The notes under the pieces are model-generated. The model searched no databases. It worked only from the letters and a program-made list of their open reading frames with translations, and was not told where the DNA came from. From contig CM059432.1 of NCBI GenBank assembly GCA_030390025.1, positions 43,216,001-43,280,000 on the forward strand: 64,000 nucleotides of DNA, written 5' to 3'. Of the stretch, positions 49,083 to 60,150 are shown one piece after another. The first letter of the stretch is position 1. Each line of letters starts with the position of its first letter. The translations under genes were made by a program, and so were the position numbers. Origin of the DNA: Squalus acanthias (Eukaryota).

Positions 49083-49470
49083 TGAGAAGCTTCAGACTCA
49101 ATTCTTTAAACTTCCTGGACTGGAGGGCTGATTGGTGAAAAAAGATTGCTTTCTTATTGGTCTAAATCTGCTAATCAGCTAACAGTCTTTTCTAGTCCTC
49201 CAGGTGGGAAGTTTAAAGTGTTGCAGCTGATCAGTTTCTCTGTTCCCTGTTTTTTCTCCTGTTCAATGTAGAAAGCCAAATTTCAACTTGGAATAGTCTT
49301 AGCTCCCAGTGAAACTAACCATAGTTGAAATGGGGTTTGTACACTGAATATGAAGACTGGGCTAGATAAAAAGTGTCCATGGACCTCATTTGGTCTGTGG
49401 TTTAAATGTTAAACACATACATCCTATAGAGCCATTAATTTCCATGGGGGTTCTCGCAATCAACCATTAT

Positions 49471-51036
49471 GGCCGCGATTTCACCTACCGAGACGAGTCT
49501 GGTGCGGCCGGGGCCGGCGGTGGGGTGCGACCCCACTGCTGGCTCTAGCCCACTCTGTGAAATGATCTTATGATGATTGGGCTTGTTAAGCCCGCCCAGC
49601 GCGTTTCCCAGCCAATTGAAGGAAGCGGATCTGATGATGTCACTTGATGACGCGTCATCAGCCGGTTTCTTTAAAGGGACCATGCGCAAATTGATTTTGA
49701 CAGTTCTGCTGTCAGTGTTCTACAGCTTTGAGGTGCTGCAAACACTGACAATGACTGCACAGAGGTCCAGAGCTGCACCCAGACTCTCCCATGACTCCCT
49801 CCATATGCTTATGAAGGGAGTCACAGCACACAGGGAGGTTCTCTTCCCTTCCCATGGGAGGAAGAGACCTCCCCAGGAGATCAACACAGCCTGGTTGCAC
49901 ATTGCACAGGAGGGCACAAGCAGGGATGTCATCAGGAGGACCAGGCTGCAGTGGCGCAAACCTTTCAATGATCTCAGTAGATCACGAAACGTTACTGCCA
50001 AGCCACACTCAACCTCATTCTGCTGTGCCACATATTACATCCCTATCACTCTGCCTTCCCTACCCTACTCCTGCATATCCTTACTCACACCAACTTACCT
50101 TGCACCTCCACCCATCCCTCTCTATCTACATTATCACTTCTCCATCTCACTAGCCACCCCTCACACTCACCTTCATCCTAGTCTAATCATACCAACTAAC
50201 AACACACAAGGGTGGGCACTTGGGTGTTTTATGCAATGTCCATGTGAAGTTTCTGTTAATGTGCTGTCAAATATTGAAATCTTTATTTTCAACACTTTGC
50301 GTTCTTGGACAGGTTTGTGTGCACCTTTGGAAGTGGCTTAGTGAGTTGCAGTGAATGGTGAGACATAATGGTACCCCCTGCAATGGCGATGAGTGTGAAA
50401 GGAATGGCTTGGGCATTGTAGGGATGCTTTATGGTGTTGGTGTTGGTGTGGTGTGGGGTGGTGTCAACCTGGCGCATCATGTGGCAGCCAGGGTGTACAG
50501 CATCAAGTGAAGTAAATCTGACGATGGTGAGGCCATCCCTGGCGTCCCGGGCAGTAATGTGATCGAGTGCTGATGCCCTGTGTCCTGTGCAGCACCAGCT
50601 GATTGAGGAGAAGGTGGGTGTTGTTGTTGGTGCTGCTGGTGTGCCTGGTGCTGCTGGTGTTGGGGCTGATCGTGGTGGGATTCTGAGTACCAAGGTGAGA
50701 TTTCTCCAAGGGCACCAATGCTGATAGAATAGATGGCAGGTGAGGTTGAGATGACAGAAGCGACCTGTCAATGGTGAGAGAGGTTGTTCCAATGAGGTGA
50801 CACTGGATAGAGAGTTTGCTCCAAACACTTGCTAGCTGCATAAAGCTTAATCTGTCTTCCAAATGCAGTAAGCAACAGCTTCTAACCTTGGAAAGTGAAG
50901 ACCTATGAAATGGGAGCTTTTGTAGACTATTTGCAGCTGTCAAGTAAAGAAATCATCACATGCTGACACAACACCCGACCTCCTTACCTGACGTGATCCC
51001 CGAGCAGCGGGGAAGCCATTGGCGAACTCTAAAAAT
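49471..51036 (+). mobile_element. Harbinger deletion derivative (family C), right end missing
   Basis: Matches 40913-42390 and 786-1826; open Myb-like exon 1 at 49751-49990 (MTAQRSRAAPRLSHDSL..WRKPFNDLSRSRN). Confidence 0.85.
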
Positions 51037-51933
51037 CTGTTCTGGTGTGCAGGATGTCAGTTCCAAATGACGCCGATGTAAAATATTTATCCAGGGCTAT
51101 TAGTGATTCAGCATGGTCAGACATTGATTTAAAGGCCACAGTAAGTAAATTGATTCTGTATTTTAAAGTCATTTCGTAACCATTTCTCTTCATTTTCTTT
51201 TTCTCTTGACACTTTGGTTCACATAGCTTTTGTGCCAATTATTCCATTTTTATTTGCTCCTGCAACATCAATGGATTTCATAATGGGAATCTCCCTATCT
51301 TATGTGTGTACAAGAAGAAGAGGAGCAATGAGGGAATACCAGGCAATTCAAGAAGGATGAGAGATGATCTGTGCCCCATCCCTCCCCACCAGTACCTGCA
51401 TCTGTAGGCAGTGGGGAACATGTCTTGCTTAAGAGCATGGTTAGTGCAGACCAAGGCTCCCATTTCCAAAGGGAGCTGGAACATCTCACCTAATGGCACC
51501 ACTAAAATAGGTGAATGTGCAGGATAGGTGAGTCACTATACTTTCTGGAGGGTGAGCCAGCCAAAGCTAGAAATGATGTTTAAGGATCACTACACGAATG
51601 AAGCAAATGGGGATTGACAGGTATGCAGGTAGCAGAAATCTGCGTTGACTGCTATTTATTTGTCAGTTTTTTCTTTCACTATACTGGCCTGCAGGTAAAA
51701 TTTAAAATGAGGAACCCAGTTCCCTAACAAAAGACAGAAGTGGAGAGGGCTTCAACGTGACACTAAATTTTAGAGTTGGACCTAAAATATTGGTTAATTT
51801 TTAAAAAAAATGATCTCTGTTTATTTTAAGTTCTGCTTGATTTCCTTTGGCAATGCTGCCTATGGTAGTGAAAAAGAAATAATCTACATTCAGACAGTGT
51901 TTGGCCTGTAGCCAATTTGACTTTGAGATTTAA

Positions 51934-52640
51934 GGGATGAAATTAGGTGCCTTTGCGCCTCCCATTAGTGCCCCCCGGGGTCGCTAACAGGGGTGCAAAT
52001 GGCTTTGCGAACTGGACGCGGTGTTGACATCGACTCCCGCCATATTCGCCGGGAGTTTTGCGGCCGCACTACAACGTTGCACCCCAATCTCTTTCGCCAG
52101 GAGATCGTGACGCCATCACCATGCGCATCGCCCCGGTAGCGCCCAGGACCCGAAATTGACTTCTGTCCCCTGCAGCTGCGCCGGTCGAAAACACCGACAG
52201 CTGCAAGAGGCATGCATTGTGCGGCCAGCCGCTTTGGGGGCGATGATTAAAGGCGAGGTGGCCGAGGTAAGTAAAAAAAAACTTTCCTTTCTTGTTCCAG
52301 TTTTTTTCGCGGGTTCCTGCCCGCGATCGATCAGCTCGTGGATCGCAGCTGCCTTGGTGGTCCAGGTAGGTACTCTTTATATTGCAGAGCCTGCAGCGAT
52401 GGCCCTTCCCTTTAAGGGAGGGAAGGAGCCTTTGAATGCAGCAGTGCTGCACAGCCCAGTGTCCGCCCTGCCTGCTGCCGATTGCGCTCCAAGAAGGAAG
52501 TGGAGCGCTTGATTTAACACTTCACTTCCTTTTTGGAGCGCAAACAGGCAAATTTTTCAAAAGTTTGAAATCGTTAGCGCTAACTTTTCAAACTTTTAAA
52601 AATTAGCACCCCAAATGTGGCGATAGTGAATTTCTCCCCC
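51934..52640. mobile_element. Non-autonomous Harbinger-type element with family A-like ends
   Basis: Ends GGGATGAAATTAGG / GTGAATTTCTCCCCC, flanks TAA/TTA; left end resembles the reverse complement of 640-695. Confidence 0.78.
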
Positions 52641-53921
52641 TTAGTGTTTAACAGACACATTTTTCAGTTCCATAGTTGACAAACCACTAGCACTGTGAAT
52701 GCATGGTCCTTTAAATGCTCGCTTTTATCAGGACTTGTAAAACCATCCCACCAAACCTTGTGATATATCTTTTTTGTGCGTACGCAATGTAGTTCACGAC
52801 AGAAGAGATATATCGCAAGACTTTGTAGGGCAGTTTGACAAGCTCAGAGCTGTGGTGCAGGCAAGGTGAATGTGGGAGGCAAGCAAATGGCCATTGCCTG
52901 TCATTTGAGCAGGCTTGTTAATACCAGTGTAAGATGATACAGTTTGAAACATGATCATATCATTCAATTACCAATTGTGTTTGCTGCTAAAAATGTTATA
53001 ACTTTATTCGAAGTTTATGAAACAAACTAGAGAGCCACGTGAAAATCATATTATATCAGTTTGTACTGCAGTATTTATCACATCTGTTGCAACACTAACT
53101 TTCTCAGCATCTAACATGGCAACCCTCAAGTGCAAACAGCCCACCCAAAAGCTGTAATGATACCTCTTTAAATAACCTGCAATTATTTGGTGCAATTAAT
53201 TGCCTGGATTAAAATCAGGCCGACCATGTGGAGTGCTTTTCCTCCCCAGAACCATACTTGTCAACTGTTCACTTTTTAAGCAGACAGCATAAACACCACT
53301 GTCTGTTGTTTTCCACCTGGGCTTGCAGCTGGAAATCCGTAGGAATTCGAAATTCCTGTGCTATTCAAGATCGCCCCATAATGCACCAAACAAGAGAGAA
53401 GTCAGGGCTTTTGAGTCCCAATCGGGGTAGGGGAAGTAGCCTCTGTGCTGTATTCAGCCAACTCCCAGCCTGTTTCACCTTGTTTATTGGGCAGACAAGT
53501 AAGTGCTAGCAGTTTCTGAAGTTGTCCTTTCTAGCCAGGTTGAAATGGGAGGAACTGTGGTGTCTATGGGCAGGCATCGATGGCTTACTAAACTGCAGGA
53601 TCTTAACTGACACTAGCAGCTGGGTGAAGCAGAAAATGAAACAAAACGTCCAGAGTCGGTTCTAAACCTGCATCAAATTGCTACTGATATCAATCTGGTA
53701 CATATTTTAAAAACGGAAGAATTAAAACTCCTAGTCCTGGGATTTGTTTTCACACTCATACCCAGTATCTTCTTAAGCGTAACAGCTCAGACAACATGAA
53801 GCCAATATCAACATTCTGCTCACCCCAGTATTTTAGCTGGTAACCATGAGGCTACCCATGTTGGAGTATCATTTTCATAGATAAACATCTCTTGAAGTCA
53901 GGACTTATATATAGTGGGCAA

Positions 53922-54508
53922 GGGGATGAATTTCGTGGGGGTTCTTCTGCTCATCTGCCGTAACTTCAACAGAAGAGCTGTAGAAACCCCGGAAAAACGG
54001 CGTAAACAGTGGTGATCAGGAATTCACCTCCTTAGTCCATAATGATGCAAAGACTGTTGATTTTGATCATTATGCACATGTTTTTAGGAAAAGTGGGTGC
54101 AAACAACTTCCTGGCAACAGCTGCCCTCGGTACCCACATCCCTATTAAAAAGACTAGCTTGAAAAGCTTTAGCACCTCAGTTGCCACTTTCAGTTGAAGT
54201 TGGTTCCAATAGGATCTATTCAATTTACATCCTTAAATCGGATGGACCCGATTGGAAAATCCAGGATGGTTCCTGGTTTAGACACCGCATGTCGCAGTAA
54301 GGAATCTTCAATCTGATTGATTGAGGAGACACGTCATTGCTTGCGCTGTTCACACAGGTCCTAGATCTCCTGTAGAAGGCGCTGCGCTGTTTTGGCTCTC
54401 TAATTACCACAAATCACAGTGTAAAAGCCCACAGAAAGTCTGTGGGCAAGTGTAAGTGCAATGAACAGCGAGCACCGTTCGTTCGCCGCTGATCGCAAAA
54501 TCCAGGCC
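53922..54508. mobile_element. Possible decayed or composite TIR element
   Basis: GGGGATGAATTTCG and CGCAAAATCCAGGCC TIR-like ends with CpG-rich subterminal regions. Confidence 0.35.
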
Positions 54509-54690
54509 AATATAATAAACAGGCTGACTATAAATAACAATCCAGATCTTTGAAAATATAATACTAATACATTCTTGTCATTAAAAAGTAGCATTTGCTA
54601 TGAGCAACTCCACAGGAGTTAATTTAGGAATATTAAACTATTTTTACTTTATCGACTCTTCATTATAGTTTCTTGTAAAACTGGACCACA

Positions 54691-55585
54691 GGGATTGATT
54701 TTAACCCTACAAAGGGTAACACGGTGGCATAGTGGTTAGCACTGTTACCTCACAGCGCCAGGGACCCGGGTTCGAATCCGGCCTCGGATGACTGTCTGTG
54801 TGGAGTTTGCACATTCCCCTGTGTCTGCGTGGGTTTGCTTCGGTTTCCTCCCACAGTCCAAAGATGTGCGGGTTAGGTTGATTTGGTTATGATAAATTGA
54901 CCCTTAGTGTTAGGGGGATTGGATACGTGGGGTTACGGGGATGGGGTGGGATGTGTGTCGGTGCAGGCTCGATGGGCCGAAATGGCCTCTATCTGCACTG
55001 TGGGGATTCTGTGATTCTGTGATGCCCGGTTTCCACCGGGCAGATAGGTAGTTAAAAATTAGGGAATTACTTACCCGCATGTAACTCGACCCATTTCCCG
55101 ACATTGCCAATTTTAACCTGTAGGGTGCTGCGGCCAGATGAGGTACCCGTAAAGCAGGTGAGTGTCTCATGAATTTATGCAATTCAGGGTCTTAATACAT
55201 CAAAATGGCCCCGCTTGCATTCTAACTGAGGCCTTAGTGAGGAAGTTACCACGTCTTTCCCGGCGTCAGGCCGAAGCAGATCTGCAGAGAGAACAGGTAC
55301 TTCAAAGTAAGTACAAAAATTTCCTTTGTGGGTCCAGAAGGAAGAGAAGAGGAAAGTCGCAGCCTCCACTGCCCCGGAATCCCCACCTCTCTCTAACGAG
55401 ACCCTCCCAAAACCCTGAACCCGGGGCTTACCTGCTCGCTGGCGAGTCTTCCCTTTGTGCTGACCGGCAGCCTCCTGCTGCTCAAACATCCTCTCCCCTC
55501 CACCGGCCAGCTGCTACTTAACACCGATTTTGGGCGGGCAGCTGACTGGGGGCATGTAGATGAGGCTCGGGAGTTAAAATCCCAC
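54691..55585. mobile_element. TIR element interrupted by an HE1-type SINE
   Basis: Ends GGGATTGATTTTAACCC / GAGTTAAAATCCCAC. Confidence 0.55.
54714..55023 (+). mobile_element. HE1-type V-SINE
   Basis: tRNA-like head (GGTGGCATAGTGG; GGGTTCGAATCC), V-domain TGTGTGGAGTTTGCACATT..GGTTTCCTCCCACAGTCCAAAGA, CR1-like tail ending (GATTCTGT)n. Confidence 0.9.
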
Positions 55586-56219
55586 TGGGTTCAAACCTAG
55601 GTCAACAAATGCGCTTCCTACATGTGTACAGTACAGGGACATCTATACAAACAATCTTTAGTCTACAAAAAATGTTGCTAGCCCATCTATTGTGATCCTT
55701 CAATGGTTTGAAGGCTTCCTCATCTACGTCTTCAAATATATGAATAATTTCCTATCATTTGAATACTTGATTCATTTTTGTTTTGCTCAGAAAATGCTAT
55801 TGCCTGCTTTTATTATCTTATAACATGGGCACCCGCTCACATTATTGCTCTATAGAGCCAGAGAAACCAGACTTCAACGTTTATAGATATAGAAGACAAA
55901 CATAAAGTACACAACTTAATATAAGGACACTTTTTAAATTCTTTAAACTTCAGACTTCTCTAACGAATTAAAAATTTCAGCCTGTCACAAATGTATATGG
56001 TGAAAAGATGATTCATAGCCCTCAAACTCCTAAATGTGTACCTGTGCTGAAGACAAATATCTGGCATGAATACTTTCCACAGGTTTATTAATAACACAGC
56101 ATTAAAAAATTGGTGAAAACATCTCGCCCATGTCCATCCAATGAGGATAGGATATTTGCTTTTCTTTCATCATGTTGCTTTGGCCATGCAGTTCATGGAC
56201 TGAGTGTGCTGCAGACATT

Positions 56220-56820
56220 GGGCCAGTTGGGTAAGCGATACAGCAACAGTGTATCTCCTTAAATAATCAGATTGCAGAACGTTAATGAGCAGTGCAGCGT
56301 CTGAACCGGGAAGTGTCAGTTAGAATACTTAATTCAACGTCAAATCAGGTACAGAAAGCTAAATGAAGGGAGGGAAAGAAATATGGGATTAAGAGAGAGA
56401 GATAAAAGAGACAGAAAAAAAGTTTTTAAAATACCATTTTATAAAAAAGAAATATTTTTTTAAACCTCCAACAATAGTTAGTTAATTTTCAGTGCCAGAG
56501 AAGTTGTTTGGCGGTAATTAAAACTTATCATGCCACTAAAAATGTATTTACACTGGAATAAACAAGCCCTAGCTTATCTGGCGAGTTTAGTGGGTATCTA
56601 TCACATAAGTACAGCAACTTCACACAGGTCCATGTATTTCAATGCCGAGTCTCTCAGCGAGATACCGGTATAGTGCAGCATCTGGAGGAGCAGGGCAACT
56701 CTAACAGCAACTTCCTGATTTCCGTATTTAACAGCGCATGTGCAGTCGCTGTCCGATTTACGCTTTAATAACGGTGAGCGCCGTTAGCCTCATCGTTATT
56801 TCTACAGCAAAATCCGGCCC
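56220..56820. mobile_element. Non-autonomous TIR element
   Basis: Ends with CAGCAAAATCCGGCCC; homologous (inverted) to 28790-31495. Confidence 0.62.
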
Positions 56821-56984
56821 ATTGTCACCTATTATGCCACATGATATTTTATGTTGCATTATATAGACTGGTCTTGAAATTATCATGCACAAAATCAGCG
56901 TTTGTATGAAAGAGTCAGTTGCCACTTCCAGTGGGAAACAGCGGTGGAGCGGTGGAAGCAGGAAATTGTGCGTTCAGAGCCTAT

Positions 56985-57436
56985 GGGCTGGATTTTGAAT
57001 GACCCATGGAGTCGGGTTTGGAGGTGTGTGGGGGGTTAAATTTGCGGGGTCGGGGTTTCCGACCCCATCCCGACTCCATCCCGCCTCCACGCAATTTTGA
57101 CATAATCAGTCGCGGGGTTCCTGACTCCGTCCCGCCTTCAAGAGGCGGGAGAGGCCATTAAAGCCCTTAACAAGCTCTAAATTGGCTCTGTAATGCCATT
57201 TTGAAATGTTGTAGCTAGTTTAACCCTCTTCTGACGTGAAGCACGCCTGGTGTGAAACACTCCAGTGAAACCTGGCGGGAACACAAGTGGATAGCTGACT
57301 ATCGGCTGCAGGTCCACTATTACAACGGAGATGTGATGAAGGTAGTAGTAGTATTAGGTGTGAACGCTGCCTCTGATGCTGCTGCATTGAATGTCTTGAG
57401 AGACTGCCTGGGAGGACTTGCTTGGCAAAAAAATTC

Positions 57437-57468
<32 letters not shown>

Positions 57469-57767
57469 CACCCCCACCCCCACCCCCCATTTTTGCATCC
57501 AGGTCCACCCACATCAAAAGCCAGGCAGGTCCTCTCTCACCAGTAGCCAGACAATCTCCGAGAGCAGGCAGGTAGCAATGATGACATCATCAGAGGCGGG
57601 TTTCAGACTGAAACCACTAATTAGTTCATGGGTTCCCACATGCTGCAACTCAATTGCCCAATTAAGTGAAAATTGCATCAGGCACCCACATTAATCTGGA
57701 GTCGGGGGGGGAAACACGAAATGCGGATTACACGACCCCAACCCGACCCCAAGACAAAATCCAGCCC
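56985..57767. mobile_element. Harbinger-type MITE, copy 2
   Basis: Same TIRs and near-identical body as 35156-35898. Confidence 0.9.
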
Positions 57768-58436
57768 AATGATTCTCCACACATGCTCCCTGCGAGGGAG
57801 TGCAGGATCAGCCCTGAAATTCCTTTGTGCACTATTTAAAATACAGCTAATTTAAAGACCATGATTTGTTTTTAGAGATTTTGTGGTTAATAATGCTGAT
57901 CATTAAACTGGGCAGGATTTTACCACACAGGTTTGGATGCTTGTCTCATTCAGGCTTCTGGCTTCTTCACTAAGGTTATAATTCTTGTTTGGTGTTTAAT
58001 ATATGTAGGACTTAGCTACATTTGATAACAAAAAAAACAATTTTACCAATTGATCACAGTAATAGAGGCTTACGGAAAGCAATTTCATGAAAGGACTTCA
58101 AAATGATCATTATGAGGATGAAAAAAATGTATGTAATTCTATTTTAAGTCATTGATTGGATTGATGTAGTTGTGTTTGTATCAATTTTTATACTTAAAAA
58201 AAATTACATAATTTATTTTCATCTTTATGTTCAAATATGTCCTACTGTCCTACTGATGCATTGGCCGGAATTTTAATTTGGAGGCAGGTAGGGAGCGGGG
58301 TGGGGTGAGGGGGGGTGAGGCTGGAAAGCAGTCGGGAAACCTGGGAGAACGGGCTTCCCGCAGACCCTGCCAAATTTAATGGCAGGGCCTGATTAACATT
58401 TAGAATCACTGATACCCGCCCGCAGCCAGCCAGATA

Positions 58437-58815
58437 GAAGGCTGGAGGGGGATCGGGGGCCGGAGGGGGGAGGTCGGAAGGCTGGAGGGGGATCGGGTGC
58501 CAGAGGGAGGAGGTCAGAAGGCCAAAGGGGGTTTGGGGGCCGGAGGTCGGAAGGCTGCAGGGGAATCGGAGGCCGGAGGGGGGAGGTCAGATGGCTGGAG
58601 GGGAATCGGGGGCCGGAGGGGGGAGGTCAGAAGGCTGGAGGGGGATCAGGGGCCAGAGGGAGGAGGTCAGAAGGCTGAAGGGGGTTCGGGGGCCGGAGGT
58701 CGGAAGGCTGGAAGGGGGTCGGAGGCTGGAGGGGAGGTCAGGGGGCCGGAGGGGGTGTCTGGAGCCAGAGTCGGGATCGGCGGCCAGAGCCGCCAATCAT
58801 AGGCTGGAGGAGGGA
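58437..58815 (+). repeat. G-rich ~40-bp minisatellite within a TIR-element fragment starting ~58263
   Basis: Unit approximately GAAGGCTGGAGGGGGATCGGGGGCCGGAGGGGGGAGGTC(G/A), about 8-9 degenerate copies. Confidence 0.85.
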
Positions 58816-59023
58816 TCGGAGATTGGAGACCTTGTGGGAGGAGGCCGGGGGGTCTTGCTACAGTTCATTAAGCTTCCCTTTTTCAATCTGAGATGGAGAG
58901 TGATATTATCAAATGACATTAGGGTGGATTTTGACAATTTCATTCTAGGTGCACAGCTTTAAATGGACAGGAAATCTCGTGGGGCCCACTAACCTCCCCA
59001 CATAAATTCACTAGATTCACTAG

Positions 59024-59488
59024 AGTGTCAGCCATGGCTCAGTGGGTAGCAGCGCTCACCTCTGAATCAAGAAGGTTGTGGGTTCAAGTTCCACTCCAGA
59101 GACTTTGTGCACAAAAATCTAGGCTGACACTCCAGTGCAGTGCTGAGGGAGTGCTGCACTGTCGGAGGTGCCGTCTTTCAGATGAGATGTTAAACCAAGG
59201 CCCCATCTGCTCTCTCAGGTGGATTGTAAAAGATCCCATGGCACTATATCGAAGAAGAGCTGGGAAGTTATCTCCGGTGTCCTGGCCAATATTTATCCCT
59301 CAACCAACATCACTAAAAACAGATGATTTGGTCATTATCACATTGCTGTTTGTGGGGTGGGAGCTTGCTGTGTGCAAATTGGCTGCTGCATTTCTTACAT
59401 TACAACAGTGACTACACTTCAAAAGTACTTCATTGGCTGTAAAGCGCTTTGAGGTGGTCGTGAAAGGCGCTATAGAAATGCAAGTTTT
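59024..59488 (+). mobile_element. DeuSINE (SacSINE1-like), full length
   Basis: tRNA-like head, central GGTGCCGTCTTTCAGATGAG..AAAAGATCCCATGGCACTAT domain, L2-like tail AAAGGCGCTATAGAAATGCAAG. Confidence 0.9.
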
Positions 59489-59799
59489 CCTAGATGCACT
59501 TCGATGTATGAAGCTCCACACTGGGAGAGCAAATTCAACAACTCTACCCTATTATGTCTACCAGCCTTACAGAGATTTGGTAATGACAGAATGAGGAAAG
59601 CTAACAGAGTTTGAGCAACTGTCGGTCAGGGCTGAGATTCAAGTTCGTACTGGGCTGCTTTGTGAATATTCATTTACTGACCAATTTTAGACCTTATTCT
59701 AACCAACATGCTCTTACTGATATACTTATAAGTTTTATGTTGTGCAAATGGAAAAAAGTAAATTTTTGTGTCTTAGTGAAGTTCAGTCCAGATGACTAA

Positions 59800-60150
59800 G
59801 TTCTAGTGTGTCTAGCTAGAAGGTATGTGCATAGTACTAAGAAATAGACCTTTTCTGGTAATTACGGCGTCTAGAATTAAGGGAGAAACATCTAAGACTA
59901 AATGTAAAAGATTTAGGAAAGAGTGTTGGAGAAACTTCTTTGTATGCAGGTATGAGGCTGTGGAATGCATTGCCAGAGCTGTGATTGAAGCAGAGACCAT
60001 GTCAACATAAAAGAATAGATTAAATTGATGGTTCAAAGAAAGGGGAATAAAGCAATATGGGATTAGGACTTCAGCTTGTGTGGAGGATAATCACCAACAC
60101 AGACTAGTTGGGTCGTACGGCCTGTTTCTATATTGTAATTTCTATGTAAT
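59800..60150 (+). mobile_element. Decayed CR1 3' fragment
   Basis: GAAACTTCTTT..GCTGTGGAATGCATTGCCAG..GGCCTGTTTCTATATTGTAATTTCTATG. Confidence 0.7.

Noticed and set aside
54714..54790. tRNA gene (also heads at 19247, 59024, 45697)
   Set aside because: tRNA-like heads continue into SINE bodies and LINE-derived tails.
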